Source: the human T2T-CHM13v2.0 reference genome, Homo sapiens
Strand: one strand, 5' to 3'
DNA length: 64,000 nucleotides
NCBI RefSeq assembly: GCF_009914755.1
Contig: NC_060932.1
The first letter of the stretch is position 1. Every line of letters starts with the position of its first letter. The notes under the pieces are model-generated. The model did no database searches. It saw only the letters and a list, made by a program, of their open reading frames with translations, and was not told the origin of the DNA. Positions 18,449-34,613 of this stretch are shown piece after piece. The translations under genes were made by a program, and so were the position numbers.

Positions 18449-18768
18449 GTGGTTCATCAGGGTGTCCATAAAAACCTGAGAAGTTTGAGTTGAGAGATTT
18501 TAGAGATAAAGCCAGTCAGTTTCCTCAGGAAGCTGAGGTCTTAGTTGGGTGAGAGGTCTCCCCAGGCCATGTTACCTAAACCAGCAATGCACACTCTTCA
18601 GTTAGGTGTCCTGACTCCTCCTAGAGACAACACAGGCCCTGGCTTCTGTTGTTCCATCGAGGCTTGGACAATTGTCAAGTTGGCTTACCATGCCCTAGCG
18701 TCACCTCTGTGCATCCTTTCCCATCCTTGTCCCATCAGCGGGACAAGCCCTCCTGCTTTTCCTTCTAA

Positions 18769-19690
<922 letters not shown>

Positions 19691-19782
19691 CTCACCTTCT
19701 CTGACTATAATAGTTGCAGCAGTCTGCAGATTACTTGGTGTGTATTTTTTATATTCCATGAGGGGGTGGTATATTGGGCAAT

Positions 19783-20076
19783 ATTATTATTTTTTTTGAG
19801 ATGGAGTCTCGCCCTGTCACCAGGCTGGAGGGCAGTGGCACAATCTCAGCTCACTGCAGCCTCTGCCTCCTGGGTTTAAGCAATTTTCCTGCCTCAGCCT
19901 CCTGAATGCCTGGGACTACAGCCATGTGCCACCACGCCCAGCTAATTTTTTAATTTTTTAGTAGAGGTGGGTTTCACCATGTTGGCCAGGATGGTCTTGA
20001 TCTCTTGACCTCGTGATATGCCTGCCTCAGCCTCCCAAAGCACTGGGCTTACAGGCATGAGCCACCACGCCCAGCC
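19783..20076 (-). mobile_element. Alu (AluSc-like)
   Basis: ggccaggatggtcttgatctcttgacctcgtgat. Confidence 0.93.
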
Positions 20077-20909
20077 TATTTTAGTTATTATTTAAATAAT
20101 GTTTTTATATTTGATCTTTCTATATATTTTGTCTTTGTCTAAAATTGTCCCTGAGACTGTTTCTTCTCAGGGAAGAAGTTTTCAGTTTCCAGGACTAAAC
20201 ATTTCATGGCAATGCAGTGTCTTTCTCAAGAGTGAGTATAATCTGGGTGTTTCCAGAAATGACTTGCAGGGCTGTCACAAACAGATTCTAGGCTAGCTCT
20301 CTCATCAGCAGTCCACTCTTGGTTAAAGCACTAGATTAGCAACTTCTGTTTCCACAGTGGCGCTCAACCAATATTCTGGTAGCAGTCAGGAGGTCAAGGT
20401 TTAACTCTTATCTGGGAAAAGAGGCAAGTTACCTAACTTCTGTAAGTCTCCGTTTTTCCAGCTGTAAAACAGTGATATTGGCAAGGACTTGAACTAGATT
20501 GCCTGACATTTCTTTCCAGTTAAGACAATTCAGTGATTTTGGTTATCAGTTAGGTTGATACCATAGAAGAGATGAGGTTGATTCCAGCAAACCTCGCAGT
20601 AGGGAGTGGCCAAGTACTCTCTCACCTGGACTTTTCTCTGCTTTGACTTACCACTCCACCAGAAGGGCTCTCTTTCTAATCCTTTAACAAAAGAGAACAG
20701 CCAAGTCTCTCCAGTAATTGCCAATCAATTTTTCCTTGATTCAGGACTTCATTTGTTAAAAAAAAAAAAAAAAAAAAAAGCTGAAATGCTACTTAGTGGC
20801 CTCTTGATGGCACTTCTGGCAAAATCTGACTCTCATTTAATCCTCTCAATAACCCTATGAGACATTCTCTATCATTCCCATTTTACAGATAAGAAAGTAA
20901 AGGCACTGA

Positions 20910-21230
<321 letters not shown>

Positions 21231-21312
21231 AACAGGGATATTATAAGGCTCAGCTCTGATAGTGTATTATGGTGCCATTCAGATGTAAGGTTATTACTGT
21301 TACTATGTCTGC

Positions 21313-22066
21313 TGTCCACCAAAGAAAAAGTTAAGCTTTTAAAGAATTAAAGTTAGTTTTATTTGGAAGGCTTACTGAGGACTATAGACAGGGGTCAGCA
21401 GCTCAGGAGCAGCCCTTTAGAAAGGTTCTATCCAACTGCCCCTGCACAGTATTTCAGCCCATTGCTTATATACAGGTGGTGGAGGTTCAGTACATGCAAA
21501 ATCACATCAGACTTGTTCAGAAATTACATTAAGCTGAATCACAGCAAGGTTTGGATGTAAGAGTGCATCTGGTTGTAGATTACAGAGGCATAATTACTAA
21601 CCCCTTCAGATGTTATCTTATGGGTAGGAAAAGGCAAGGACTAGAGTCCTTTATCATTTGTTTATTTATTTGGTCGGTTGTTTGTTTAAGACAGGGTCTG
21701 GATTTGTCACCCAGGCTGAGGCGTGTGCCGCCACACGTAGCTAATTTTTAAATTTTTGTTGCTAGAGATGGGGTTTCACCATGTTGCCAAGGCTGGTCTC
21801 GTACTCTTGGGCTTAAGCAATCTGACAGCCTTGGCCTCCAAAGTGCTGGGATTATAGACGTGAGCCATGGTGTGGGGCCTCATTTATCTTTTAAAGTGTA
21901 CAGTGACTCCGGCAAGAGATCTACGGGGCTGTGTGCTCTATCCTGTTTCGTCTTCAAAGTATCTTTCTAGAGAGCTACACATTATTAGAGTCAAGGGCTT
22001 TGTGAAATTATGTTGGCAAACAGAAATGAGCAAACATGCCCTCTTATATGTGTTACATTGTCTCAC
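21313..22066 (-). mobile_element. ERV1-class LTR (family uncertain) split by an Alu
   Basis: tgtccacc...aaagttagttttatt...gcttatatacagg...ttgtctca; LTR-like termini and signals on the - strand. Confidence 0.5.
21658..21879 (-). mobile_element. AluJ-like with internal right-arm deletion
   Basis: cccaggctg joined directly to aggcgtgtgcc. Confidence 0.88.
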
Positions 22067-22141
22067 TCTGCTAATACTCCATGTTGATTTCAAAGACAGT
22101 ACATGATATATGAGATTCAGAATGAAACATGCTTCCTTCCT

Positions 22142-23070
22142 TGTGGGGAAAAGAAAGATCAGATTGTTACTGTGTCTGTGTAGAAAGAAGTAGACATAGG
22201 GGACTCCATTTTGTTCTGTAATCTATAACCTTACCCCCAACCCTGTGCTCCCTGAAACATGTGGTGTGTCAACTCAGGATTAAATGGATTAAGGGCTGTG
22301 CAAGATGTGCTTTGTTAAACAAATGCTTGAAGGCAGCAAGCTCGTTAAGAGTCATCACCACTCCCTAATCTCAAGTACCCAGGGAAAGAAAGCACTGCAG
22401 AAGGCTGCAGGGACCTCTGCCTAGGAAAGCCAGGTATTGTCCAAGGTTTCTCCCCATGTGATAGTCTGAAATATGGCCTCGTGGGAAGGGAAAGACCTGA
22501 CCTTTCCCCAGCCCAACACCCGTAAAGGGTCTGTGCTGAGGAGGATTAGTAAAAGAGGAAGGAACGCCTCTTTGCAGTTGAGACAGGAGGAAGGTATCTG
22601 TCTCCTGCCCGTCCCTGGGCAATGGAATGTCTCGATATAAAACCCGATTGTATATTCCACCTACTGAGATAGGGGAAAACCGCCTTAGGGCGGAGGTGGA
22701 ACATGCGGGCAGCAATACTGCTCTTTAAGGCATTGAGATGTTTATGTGTATACATATCTAAAGCACAGCACTTAATTCTTTACCTTGTTTATGATGCAGA
22801 GAACTTTGTTCATGTGTTTATCTGCTGACCCTCTCTCCACTATTATCCTATGATCCTGCCACATCCCCCTCTCCGAGGAACACCCAATAATGATCAATAA
22901 ATACTAAGGGAACTCAGAGGCTGGCGTGGATCCTCTGTGTGCTGAACGCCGGTCTCCTGGGCCCTTTTTTCTTTCTCTATACTTTGTCTCTGTGTCTCTT
23001 TCTTTTCCAAGTCTCTCGTTCCACCTAACGAGAAAAACCCACAGGTGTGGAGGGGCAACCCACCTCTTTA
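22142..23070 (+). mobile_element. HERV-K(HML-2) solo LTR (LTR5 family; LTR5B or older LTR5_Hs-like)
   Basis: Starts TGTGGGGAAAAG...GATCAGATTGTTACTG and ends CACAGGTGTGGAGGGGCAACCCACC. Perfect 6-bp TSD CTTCCT (22136-22141 / 23071-23076), TATAAAA at 22636-22642, AATAAA at 22896-22901. Confidence 0.95.
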
Positions 23071-23187
23071 CTTCCTGGGTGTGTTTATCCTCTCAATCCA
23101 TTGCAGTGACAAGACACAGAGGTTGCATAGAACTTTGCTTTGTATTAACTTGACGTGAGTCCTGGAAGGGCTCTGTATAGGAGTTAG

Positions 23188-23699
<512 letters not shown>

Positions 23700-23744
23700 A
23701 TGGAATACCTTATGAAGTGGTTACTGCAGCTATTTGCATAGTGA

Positions 23745-23777
<33 letters not shown>

Positions 23778-23782
23778 TGTGT
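23745..23782. repeat. (TG)n microsatellite
   Basis: Visible TG run with one interruption. Confidence 0.95.
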
Positions 23783-25084
23783 TGTCCAAGACCAATTGCT
23801 TCTGGCCCTACAGAATCACCTGTGCTCTGTTTATATAAACCAGTTCTATTCTCTTTCCTTCTTACTTCTATCTGTATTTGTTGTTTTGTTCTGATCAGGT
23901 TGGGAGAATTCAAGCATTTTCTTGAAGCAAAACTACATGAAATGTGTATTATGATCCTATTTCATGTAAAAAATATACAAATATAGCCATATGTGTACAC
24001 ATACCTAGAAGATTTCTGTAAGAATACATAGGCAGCTATTATATTAGGTTCCTTTGGAAAGTGGAGGTGGAGGAAAGCCTGAAACATATTTTTTGCACAG
24101 TAGGTAGAAACATATAGTGACCTCCTATGTCCCCATCTCCTAGCTTCAGCAATGATCAGTTCATTGCCGGTTAACCCAGCTTTAATAATTGTCTCTTCAT
24201 CTGAACCGAGAAAAGAGACTTTTAATTTCATTTTTATATATATTTGAATTATTTTCTACTGTGAGGATATATTATTTTGATAATTTAAAATCTGAATTAG
24301 AAAATAAGTTCAGATATTAAAAGGAAATGCAGTGTATTATATTTCCATTTTGTTTTTTTCTTTTAGACTCAGAGTCTTTCAAGGGTGTGTGATAAAGAGT
24401 GACTTTCCCTGGGTTCTCAGATCCCCAAGGACAGATATTGGCTGTTGCAGAACATCTGGAAAGGAGGAGAGCTGTAGTTTAAAGCATATCTATGTCAGTA
24501 CTGTTGCCCAAATCACAGGCTCACACTGTCAGCCCCACTATTTGGCTTGCTGTGTTTGTTAAACTGTTTACTTTGGCTGAGATTTATGACGCTGTTTTAA
24601 AATGAGAATATGTGGTTTCAATCTCCCCTTTGTTCCCTGAGTCCCACAATCTGCCACAGTTCTCTGCAAGCTATTTTTGAAAAACAATTTCTACATTTCT
24701 TATCAGATGGACAGTGATTTTGCAGGTATTGTTAACACCCTGCACCCAGTAATGTTTGTTCTCTTAGGGCTGGAAGAGGAAATGGTCTGATGCAATTTCA
24801 GCAGCTGGTTAGCTGGACAGGAATAGAACATTACAGAATCACCTTGAATCTAAAGCCTGTGAACCAGCTGTCTGAGATAAATAATAGGAAGGTTTTTTTT
24901 TTTTCTTAATTTATATTTCATAGCCAGTGGGATTGAAAATGCAGCTAAAATACAGATGGTCACTCTTCCCAATGGTTTAATGTGATTGGGACTCTGTTGC
25001 TCAGAAAACTATTCTATCTATGCTTCCCACCATGCTGAATACATAATATGCACGAATTAACTTTCACATCAATGAGATTTCTAT

Positions 25085-25500
25085 CTCCTACTATTTGCTA
25101 TGCACTAGAATTGCAACAATAAATAAGCAGCTCCCCTTTAGTATCCCTAATGTCATCTAGTTGTAATACAGCGCGATGAATGCTTTACTGTTGGCGCTAA
25201 AATATTGTGGGACAATAGAGGAGAGAGAAGGCTGTTTTCTGGCTTTGGAAGGCTGGGAAAACGTTCACAGAGGAGGTGCCCTTGAAAAGCTGACCCTTGA
25301 AGATAAGTCAAATGGTTATGAATTATTGAAGGCAGGAAGAAGGAGCATTCTAAGCAGAGGCATGCAGGGTGATTAGCATGTTCAGAGGCTGAAGAAGAGT
25401 TCAGAATATTCAGAGTACAAAGCAGGAATGCATGTGATTGGGAGGTGAGAGAGACAAGGAAGCTCAAGAGGTGATCTAGGGTCAGGGTGGAAGGCCTCCT
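25085..25500 (-). mobile_element. L2 LINE fragment
   Basis: cacagaggaggtgcccttgaaaagctgacccttgaaga...agcattctaagcagagg. Confidence 0.6.
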
Positions 25501-25778
25501 TAGCTCCTGGGTAGGTGAGGTTCTTTTGGATCCAGGGAGTCGAGTCCCACTCAGCCCCCTGAGGGGATTGGTAGTGTCTTGGTTATTATACGAGTGCACA
25601 TGGCTTGGAAGAGAAACTGGAAAACTCTAAGGATCTGAGGAACTCCTGCAACTTGTTCCTCTTGCATCCCTCATTTGCTGCTTCAGGGGCTTCCTGTTGC
25701 TTTCTTGGCTTCTCTGTGCTGCCCCCACTCCCCTCTCCTTCCTAATGGTCCAGTTTCCTCGATGACTTTTAGCACTGA

Positions 25779-26135
<357 letters not shown>

Positions 26136-26535
26136 TAAGTATTTGCTGTGCCAGGCAAAACACATACGTGTGCAGTGTGAAAATTTTTATCTCTTTATTG
26201 GGATAGTTTTTCTGGAATATACAATTTTCAAAGCTCATTTTTAGAAGTCTGTATTTCTGACTACAAAAGAAAAAAGATAATAGCACAGTTCTTATAGATT
26301 TTAACCCCGGTGACATGTCTAAAAATATTGAGTTCTAGGCTATATCCTGGATCCAAAATTATTTCCCCCCCATCATACTCAGTTTTCTTAAACATGGAAA
26401 TGTACCAGGACCCAGTGGGACAGTAGGAATACTGTGCAGTGCTTCTCCCCTTCTACCCTTGCAGGGAATTGGTGGAAATCAGGAATGTTCAAGAATTAGC
26501 CCTAAGCTCCAGGGTCATAGAAGGATAGTAACTGA

Positions 26536-26740
<205 letters not shown>

Positions 26741-26758
26741 AGTATTTAAACATAAATA

Positions 26759-27065
<307 letters not shown>

Positions 27066-28032
27066 CTATCTAATAATTCTCTTAGGTTGGAAAGTTTACA
27101 GGAGCTAAAACTCTTCTCTTGGCTCATAATATATTCCTTCTCCTACTATATATAACAAATTACATAGTAGCTTGTTCCACATTTTAATTTCTAAGTAAAT
27201 TGGTCTTCATTATTCTTGGATTCCTGACAGACATCACATCTAAGAATTAATATTTTGCATTCTGCCACTCTGAGCATGTTAAACAAATTACTCAGTGTCG
27301 TTGTCACTGAATTAATTAGAAGGATTCATGGGATGACTTTAGCACACCGTATGTAAACTTGTTTTTTTAAGCTGGTGCTTAGTTTTTATTATTAATAATT
27401 ACAACTCTACATAGGTATCATTTGTGGTTTTAGAATTGACTGCCTCAGGGAGTTGTTATGAGGATTAACGCCCATAAAGCAGTTCAAACTGTCCCTAGCA
27501 CATAGATGCATAAGATTATCTTCATTTTACCAGTAAAAACTCTGATGCTCAGAGGTTGTAGAGTTACTGGCAGCACCAGGGTGAGAACCAAGTCTTTGTA
27601 TTCCTAATCCCGTTTTTCTCATTATCCTCAGAACTGACATTTTGGGGTGAAATCTGTGATAGTCAGAAATGAACAAATCTGTGTGGAGTGGAAATGTAGC
27701 AGGCCCTGGTGGGACAGTAGGGATAGTGTGTAGTGCTTCTCTCCAGGAAGTACTTCAGACCCAGGAAGAGTTGGTGGGTCTGCACTTCTTGAAACACCAT
27801 CCCCGAACATGGGCTTGTTGTCAAAAGGAAGAAGAACTGAACCTCATTGGCTTGCTGGGAAATACTCCTGCCACCTCTTTTGTTCTGAAGATCACCTAGG
27901 TCTTCCCTGGAGCTGTGTGCTGGAGACTATTTTAGTTGGTTTTGTTTAGACTTATTATGTATATTGAGGTAATATTATAAATTAATTTAGTGGCTTAAAA
28001 AATCTCCACATCTATTAACTTCTATCTGCTGT

Positions 28033-28349
<317 letters not shown>

Positions 28350-29715
28350 TATCTGCTTTAATTGCTTTTTCTTCTTTATTGAAGTATTTTTTCAATAAGA
28401 ATTTCATTTTTCAGCTATGTGATTTATTTGTCCTGACAGTTTATAATTTGCTTGATAAACTGTCTGACATCCATTTATTTTCCAAGATCTATATCTCCCT
28501 CTTCATAATTATTTTATCTTTGAATCCTTATTTTCTTGACTTTATGTTCTTTTTAAATTGTTTTAAAATTTTTTATAGTTCAGACCACTTTAAGGAAATT
28601 GTTTCTTGAATTGTGTTTTCTTTCAGACAGGGTTCTTCTTATCTACTGAATGCTCTCTTTTTCCCTTCCCTCTGTTTTTCCTTTCTTTTCTTTTTTTTTT
28701 TTTTTGGTATTATTTTTGCTTCACAGTATCACATAGCTGTTTGCTTTTCCCCATGATGTTTATGCTTAATGCAGACAGTTTTGTCCATGCTTTCAATCTG
28801 TCCATACTCTATCTGTGCTTGGAAATAAAGGCAGGTGACATCTCCTTAGCACCTTCCTAAGTCATCTCAGAATGTCATTTTCCCCTCTGAGCTAAATTTG
28901 ATAGCTAATTATTTGTTCCATTGTTTTACAGCTTAAGGGCTCCTGGTGATGGAAGGAGAGAGTCTTGCTTTTGAGGTTTTGTTCAACTTCCTGTCCTAGG
29001 GTTCATTTCACATAGTCAGAGATGGATCCCACTGCTATGGAGGGATATTTTTGCTGCTGCAATGGTCCCCAAATTTATTATTGAGTTTGGGAGGCTTCAC
29101 TGTTAGAGAAAAGGTCTAGTTCTTCATCTCCTTCATTGCACCTATGTTTCCCCAACAGCCATTTCAACTGTCTCCTAATCAGAAGACAGAAAACTCAGTT
29201 ATTTATGGTTTTTTTTCCTTCAAACTTTGGGGTTCTTAATGAAAATTCTGAGGATTTCATTGACTTAGCAACAAGGCTTCTGGGTAGTGAGAGTCTACTT
29301 GCCTTACCTTGCCACTCTAAAATCTCCTGCTTATTTTTTTGGCTGCTACTTTATTTATGTTTTCATCTTTTCCCTTTATTCAAAAATTACAAAGACTTTT
29401 TTTGGTCATTTCAATGGGTAGAGAGTATTTTAAGACTAATCTACCCTATCGGTAATACAGGCCTAAATCACTTTATTATATCATGATTCCTTTTGTTTGT
29501 TTGTTTATTCATTTATTTTTATTTTATTATTTTTTTCTTTCCAACTTTTATTTTCGTTTCAGGGAATTCATGTGCAGGTTTCTTACATGAATAAACTGCA
29601 TGTTGCAGGGGTTTGGCGTACAGATTATTTCACCACCCAGGTAATGAGCATAGTAGGCAATAGGTGGTTTTTGGGTCCTCACCCTCCTCCCACCCTCCAC
29701 ACTCAAGTAGGCCCC

Positions 29716-30774
<1,059 letters not shown>

Positions 30775-31242
30775 TAGAAGAGAGAACATGTGGTATTGGT
30801 TTTCTGTTCCAGCATTAATTTGATTAGGATGCCAATTAAAAACATTTATGTAGTTAGGGTTTCTTTTTCTTTGTCTGGCTACTTCTGTTTGCTGTTTTTT
30901 TAAAAAATTATTTTCCTTAATAGAAGAAAGGGAGATTCTGTGCTCCGATTTCACTCCACCAGCTTTACCAATTTATAATCTTTACAGTTCCCATTTCCTA
31001 CCTGGTCCTTGGCAAATGAAGCCTAGTCTGGCTCCAAGCACATGGGTTGAAGTATCTTCTGGAATACTCAGATAAACATGATGATTCAGGTGCTCTAAAA
31101 AAATCACACAACTAGCTTTCCCTAGAAGAGGAAGCCCTAAGGACTCAAAGTGTCTTCTGGCATCAGTGTAGTTTCCTTTCTTTTTTAGCATAAAACATTA
31201 ATCCTAATGTACTAACCTTCAAGGTTAATAAAATATATCCCC

Positions 31243-31443
31243 CATAAGGTTGTCAGAAAATGCAGAGTGCCCTCTAAAATTTGAATTATAGATACAGTAT
31301 AATAAATTGTTTTTTTAAAGTATAAGTAGGTCCCATGCAATATTTGGGTCAAGCTTTTACTACACAATGGTTTGCTGTTTATCTGAAATTCAAATTTAAC
31401 TGGGTTTCCTGTCTGGTTTTTCCTTACTAAACCTGGCAGCCCT
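31243..31443. mobile_element. MER53-like hAT MITE
   Basis: ggttgtcag...aaatttgaatt...gtcccatgcaatatttgg...tatctgaaattcaaatttaactgg...ctggcagccct, imperfectly palindromic. Confidence 0.8.
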
Positions 31444-32083
31444 ACTCTATCACCACCATCTTATGAGAATGTTTTCTGGGTCTACTGGATATCTCTCCTT
31501 TAGTATTTTCCTGATATCACTGATATCCTCATCTCTGTTACTAGTGGATTCATTGCTATGTCCTTTCCTTAGCCAATCCTATAGTATGACTTGACTCTTA
31601 AGTTTTAGATAATAAATATTTGCAGATGGTAGAATATTGTACAGTAAATAAGCATCATTAACATTCATTCCCAATTATTTAGCACTCAGCCAAAGAGCAG
31701 TAATAAAGCACATAAGATAGCCTTTGAGTGACCAAAATAGATGTCATAAATTCCATGCCCAAAATGCTCATTTTCTTTCTTCGTAGATGTTCATATCAGG
31801 CTTTTGCTCAAAATATTTTAAATCCTAAATACTGACTACTTAGCAGACCATGGCAGAAGAGAAACAGCAGATTAGGGGAACTGCTTGAGTTTAGGAACAA
31901 GGACAACATATGCATATCACAGCAGGACAGGGAAAGGAGATAGGAGAATGAGAAACAGACCCTATGAAGTTCTGGAACCACTGGGTGCAGAGTACATAGC
32001 TCTGGCCGTTTACGTGGTCTCTGAAGGCACCACTGTGGCAACATTCCGTGCCATGGAGCCACAAGCTAGCATTCAGCTCGAGG

Positions 32084-32360
32084 GTGTATTGGGACAATAT
32101 TGGTATTAGTAACAGATACCTGAATAAACTCACTAAAGCACAGGGAATGTATCGATTCATGTAATTTAAACCCAGGTTAGGTGGCTTCATGAACTGTTGA
32201 ATTCAGGTGCTCAAATAGGGTTGTTTGTAATCTCTCTGTCTCTCTCTTTTGTCTCTATCCCTTTATCTCTATCTATCTGGTCCACTTTGCTCTGTGTTGT
32301 ATTTCTTTCTAGGCAGATTCTTCCTTTATGATGGCAAGATTGGCTAGTAGTAGCTCAAGA
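32084..32360 (-). mobile_element. Old MLT1 (J/K-like) LTR fragment
   Basis: attcaggtgctcaaat...ctttgctctgtgttg...aggcagattctt...tggcaagat. Confidence 0.5.
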
Positions 32361-32422
32361 CACATATATACATATATATATACATATATATTATATATAT
32401 ATAAATATATATATTATATATA
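32361..32422. repeat. (TA)n-rich microsatellite at an Alu tail
   Basis: Visible. Confidence 0.92.
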
Positions 32423-32704
<282 letters not shown>

Positions 32705-33200
32705 GATGTATGTCTGTAGTGCCTAGAAGTACCTAACAGGCAGGTAGTAGACATTCATTAATATTTGTTATATGAATGAATGACTACAAGTAGGGTGGGC
32801 CCTGAACAATTTGTGATAAAGAGGGTGCACTTTGTTTCAGTGCATTTCTAGGGTTTTTGTTTGCTGGTTGAAACAATAACCCCACTGGAGAGAGAAAAAG
32901 CAGGGAGTGAGGCAGAGTAGGGGATGGAGAGCTTTTCTCACTCTCAGGAGTGGCAGGAGGGTTCTGGGTTGGCTGTGATTGTTTCACCCTCATATTTACC
33001 TCTGTCATCTAGATCAGAGGCTGGAGTCACTTTCTGGAGCCTTTGAACTCTGACAGTATGGAAATCACCAAGCGAGCTAAAGATATTCAATGACACCTTC
33101 ATGCCTTTAGAACTTCTGTTATGTTATTACTGTCTGGGATTGGTTTAATAATTTGTGCTGTCATCAGAATTTCCAAAGTAATTGCTAATTTTTCTTTCAG

Positions 33201-33379
33201 GCTCAGGCTGCATGAAGAAAAGGTTATTAAAGATAGACGTCATCATCTCAAGACCTACCCAAACTGTTTTGTCGCAAAAGAACTGATTGACTGGCTGATT
33301 GAACACAAAGAGGCTTCTGACAGAGAGACGGCAATTAAACTCATGCAGAAATTAGCAGACCGGGGCATTATTCACCATG
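33201..33379 (+). CDS. DEPTOR: DEPTOR coding exon 2 (first DEP domain, N-terminal part)
   Basis: Acceptor tttttctttcAG|G at 33200/33201 and donor G|GTGAGT at 33379/33380. The 179 nt translate to LRLHEEKVIKDRRHHLKTYPNCFVAKELIDWLIEHKEASDRETAIKLMQKLADRGIIHH, recognised as human DEPTOR. Confidence 0.97.
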
Positions 33380-33540
33380 GTGAGTGCGGTGGCGAGTCAA
33401 GGTGACTTGAGAGAAATGGAAGGACTAAATCTTTCCATGAACATACCCACTTAAGAAAGAAAACATTTTGCTTTATTTTATCTCCAGTGTACCTCTCCCT
33501 GATTGCATTTTCTTCCTGCCTCTAAGAGGCATTTGGGTTC

Positions 33541-33689
33541 TTTCTTTTTTTTTTTTTTTTTGTATTTTTAGTAGAGACCGGGTTTCACCCTGTTGGTCAG
33601 GCTGGTCTCGAACTCCTGACTTTGGGTGATCTGCCCGCCTCAGCCCCCCAAAGTGCTGGGATTACAGGCGTGAGCCACTGTGTCCAGCT
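33541..33689 (-). mobile_element. Alu left monomer in intron 2
   Basis: Poly(T) then left arm only; TSD ggcatttgggtt. Confidence 0.92.
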
Positions 33690-33989
33690 GGCATTTGGGT
33701 TATTTCTATGTACTGCTTTATACCTGTCTGTATATACATCTTTAAGGAATGCATCATATTGTTTTAAAAGTTTTCTATCATTATAGAAGTGCATATTTAT
33801 GCTTTTGCAACTTGATCAACACACTGTGAGCTTCATCCACATTGATAGTATATGTCTTATTTGTTATTTTTGCTGTTGTATAATACATATGTATAATTAT
33901 GCCACTATACATTTTTCAGTGGGCATTTACATGGTTTCCAAGTTTTTGCTGTTACTCTCAGTGGGTTCAATGAAGATTCACCAACATGT

Positions 33990-34340
33990 CTTCTTGAAAT
34001 CTCTCATCCTGGCCTCGACCTTTGCACATGCCATCGTTCTCTTGGAATACCCTTTCGCCTCATTTTTTGCCCAATTTCGATTCATTTTTCAGGTCTCCAC
34101 TTACATGAAAACTCTTCAGGGAAGCTTTCTTTTTCAAAAGCTGTGTCACTGTGTTCCTGGGGCACTGGGTACTCTTCCTTTGGGCTCCCATTGCACTCTC
34201 TCCTTACCTCTGTAGCCTTATCATACCATATTTCAATTACAGTTGACATTTCTCCTTACCTCACTAGATTTCACATTCTTTGAGGCTGATGCATGCCCCA
34301 ATATGCTTTAGAAGAATTTGTGGATTGCATGATGAATTGA
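33990..34340 (+). mobile_element. L2 LINE 3' fragment
   Basis: cctttgcacatgcc...cttggaataccc...actagattt...ctttgaggc. Confidence 0.55.
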
Positions 34341-34360
34341 ATTGTGTGAACTTCCTAAAT

Positions 34361-34417
34361 ATGATGATGATGATGATGATGATGATGACTATGGTGATGG
34401 TGATGGTGATAATAATA
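34361..34417. repeat. (ATG)9 plus degenerate ATG/GTG/ATA trinucleotide tract
   Basis: Nine pure ATG units at 34361-34387. Confidence 0.95.
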
Positions 34418-34613
34418 GCTAAAAATACTGAGGACTTACTCTGTACCAAGTACTATGTAACTATTTTACAAGTATTAGCTCATATGGTACATATTTGCAT
34501 GCATGAAGAATGTGATAGTGAAATAATTCTTAATTAGCATCATACTTCGCTTGAGTAATTAAATAAGAGCGATTTTTTTTCTCATTTGCTTCTCTGTGCA
34601 TATTGTGTTTCAG

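Larger units (their letters stand above)
33380..34613 (+). other. DEPTOR: DEPTOR intron 2 (GT-AG, 1234 nt)
   Basis: GTGAGT...TTTCAG between two exons that join in frame. Confidence 0.95.

Noticed and set aside
22371-23153. ORFs within the HERV-K element
   Set aside because: Solo LTR with no gag/pol/env sequence; chance frames.
33121-33405. 94-aa ORF with a hydrophobic N-terminus resembling a signal peptide
   Set aside because: Only 33201-33379 is exonic; the hydrophobic leader is translated T-rich intron next to the acceptor.
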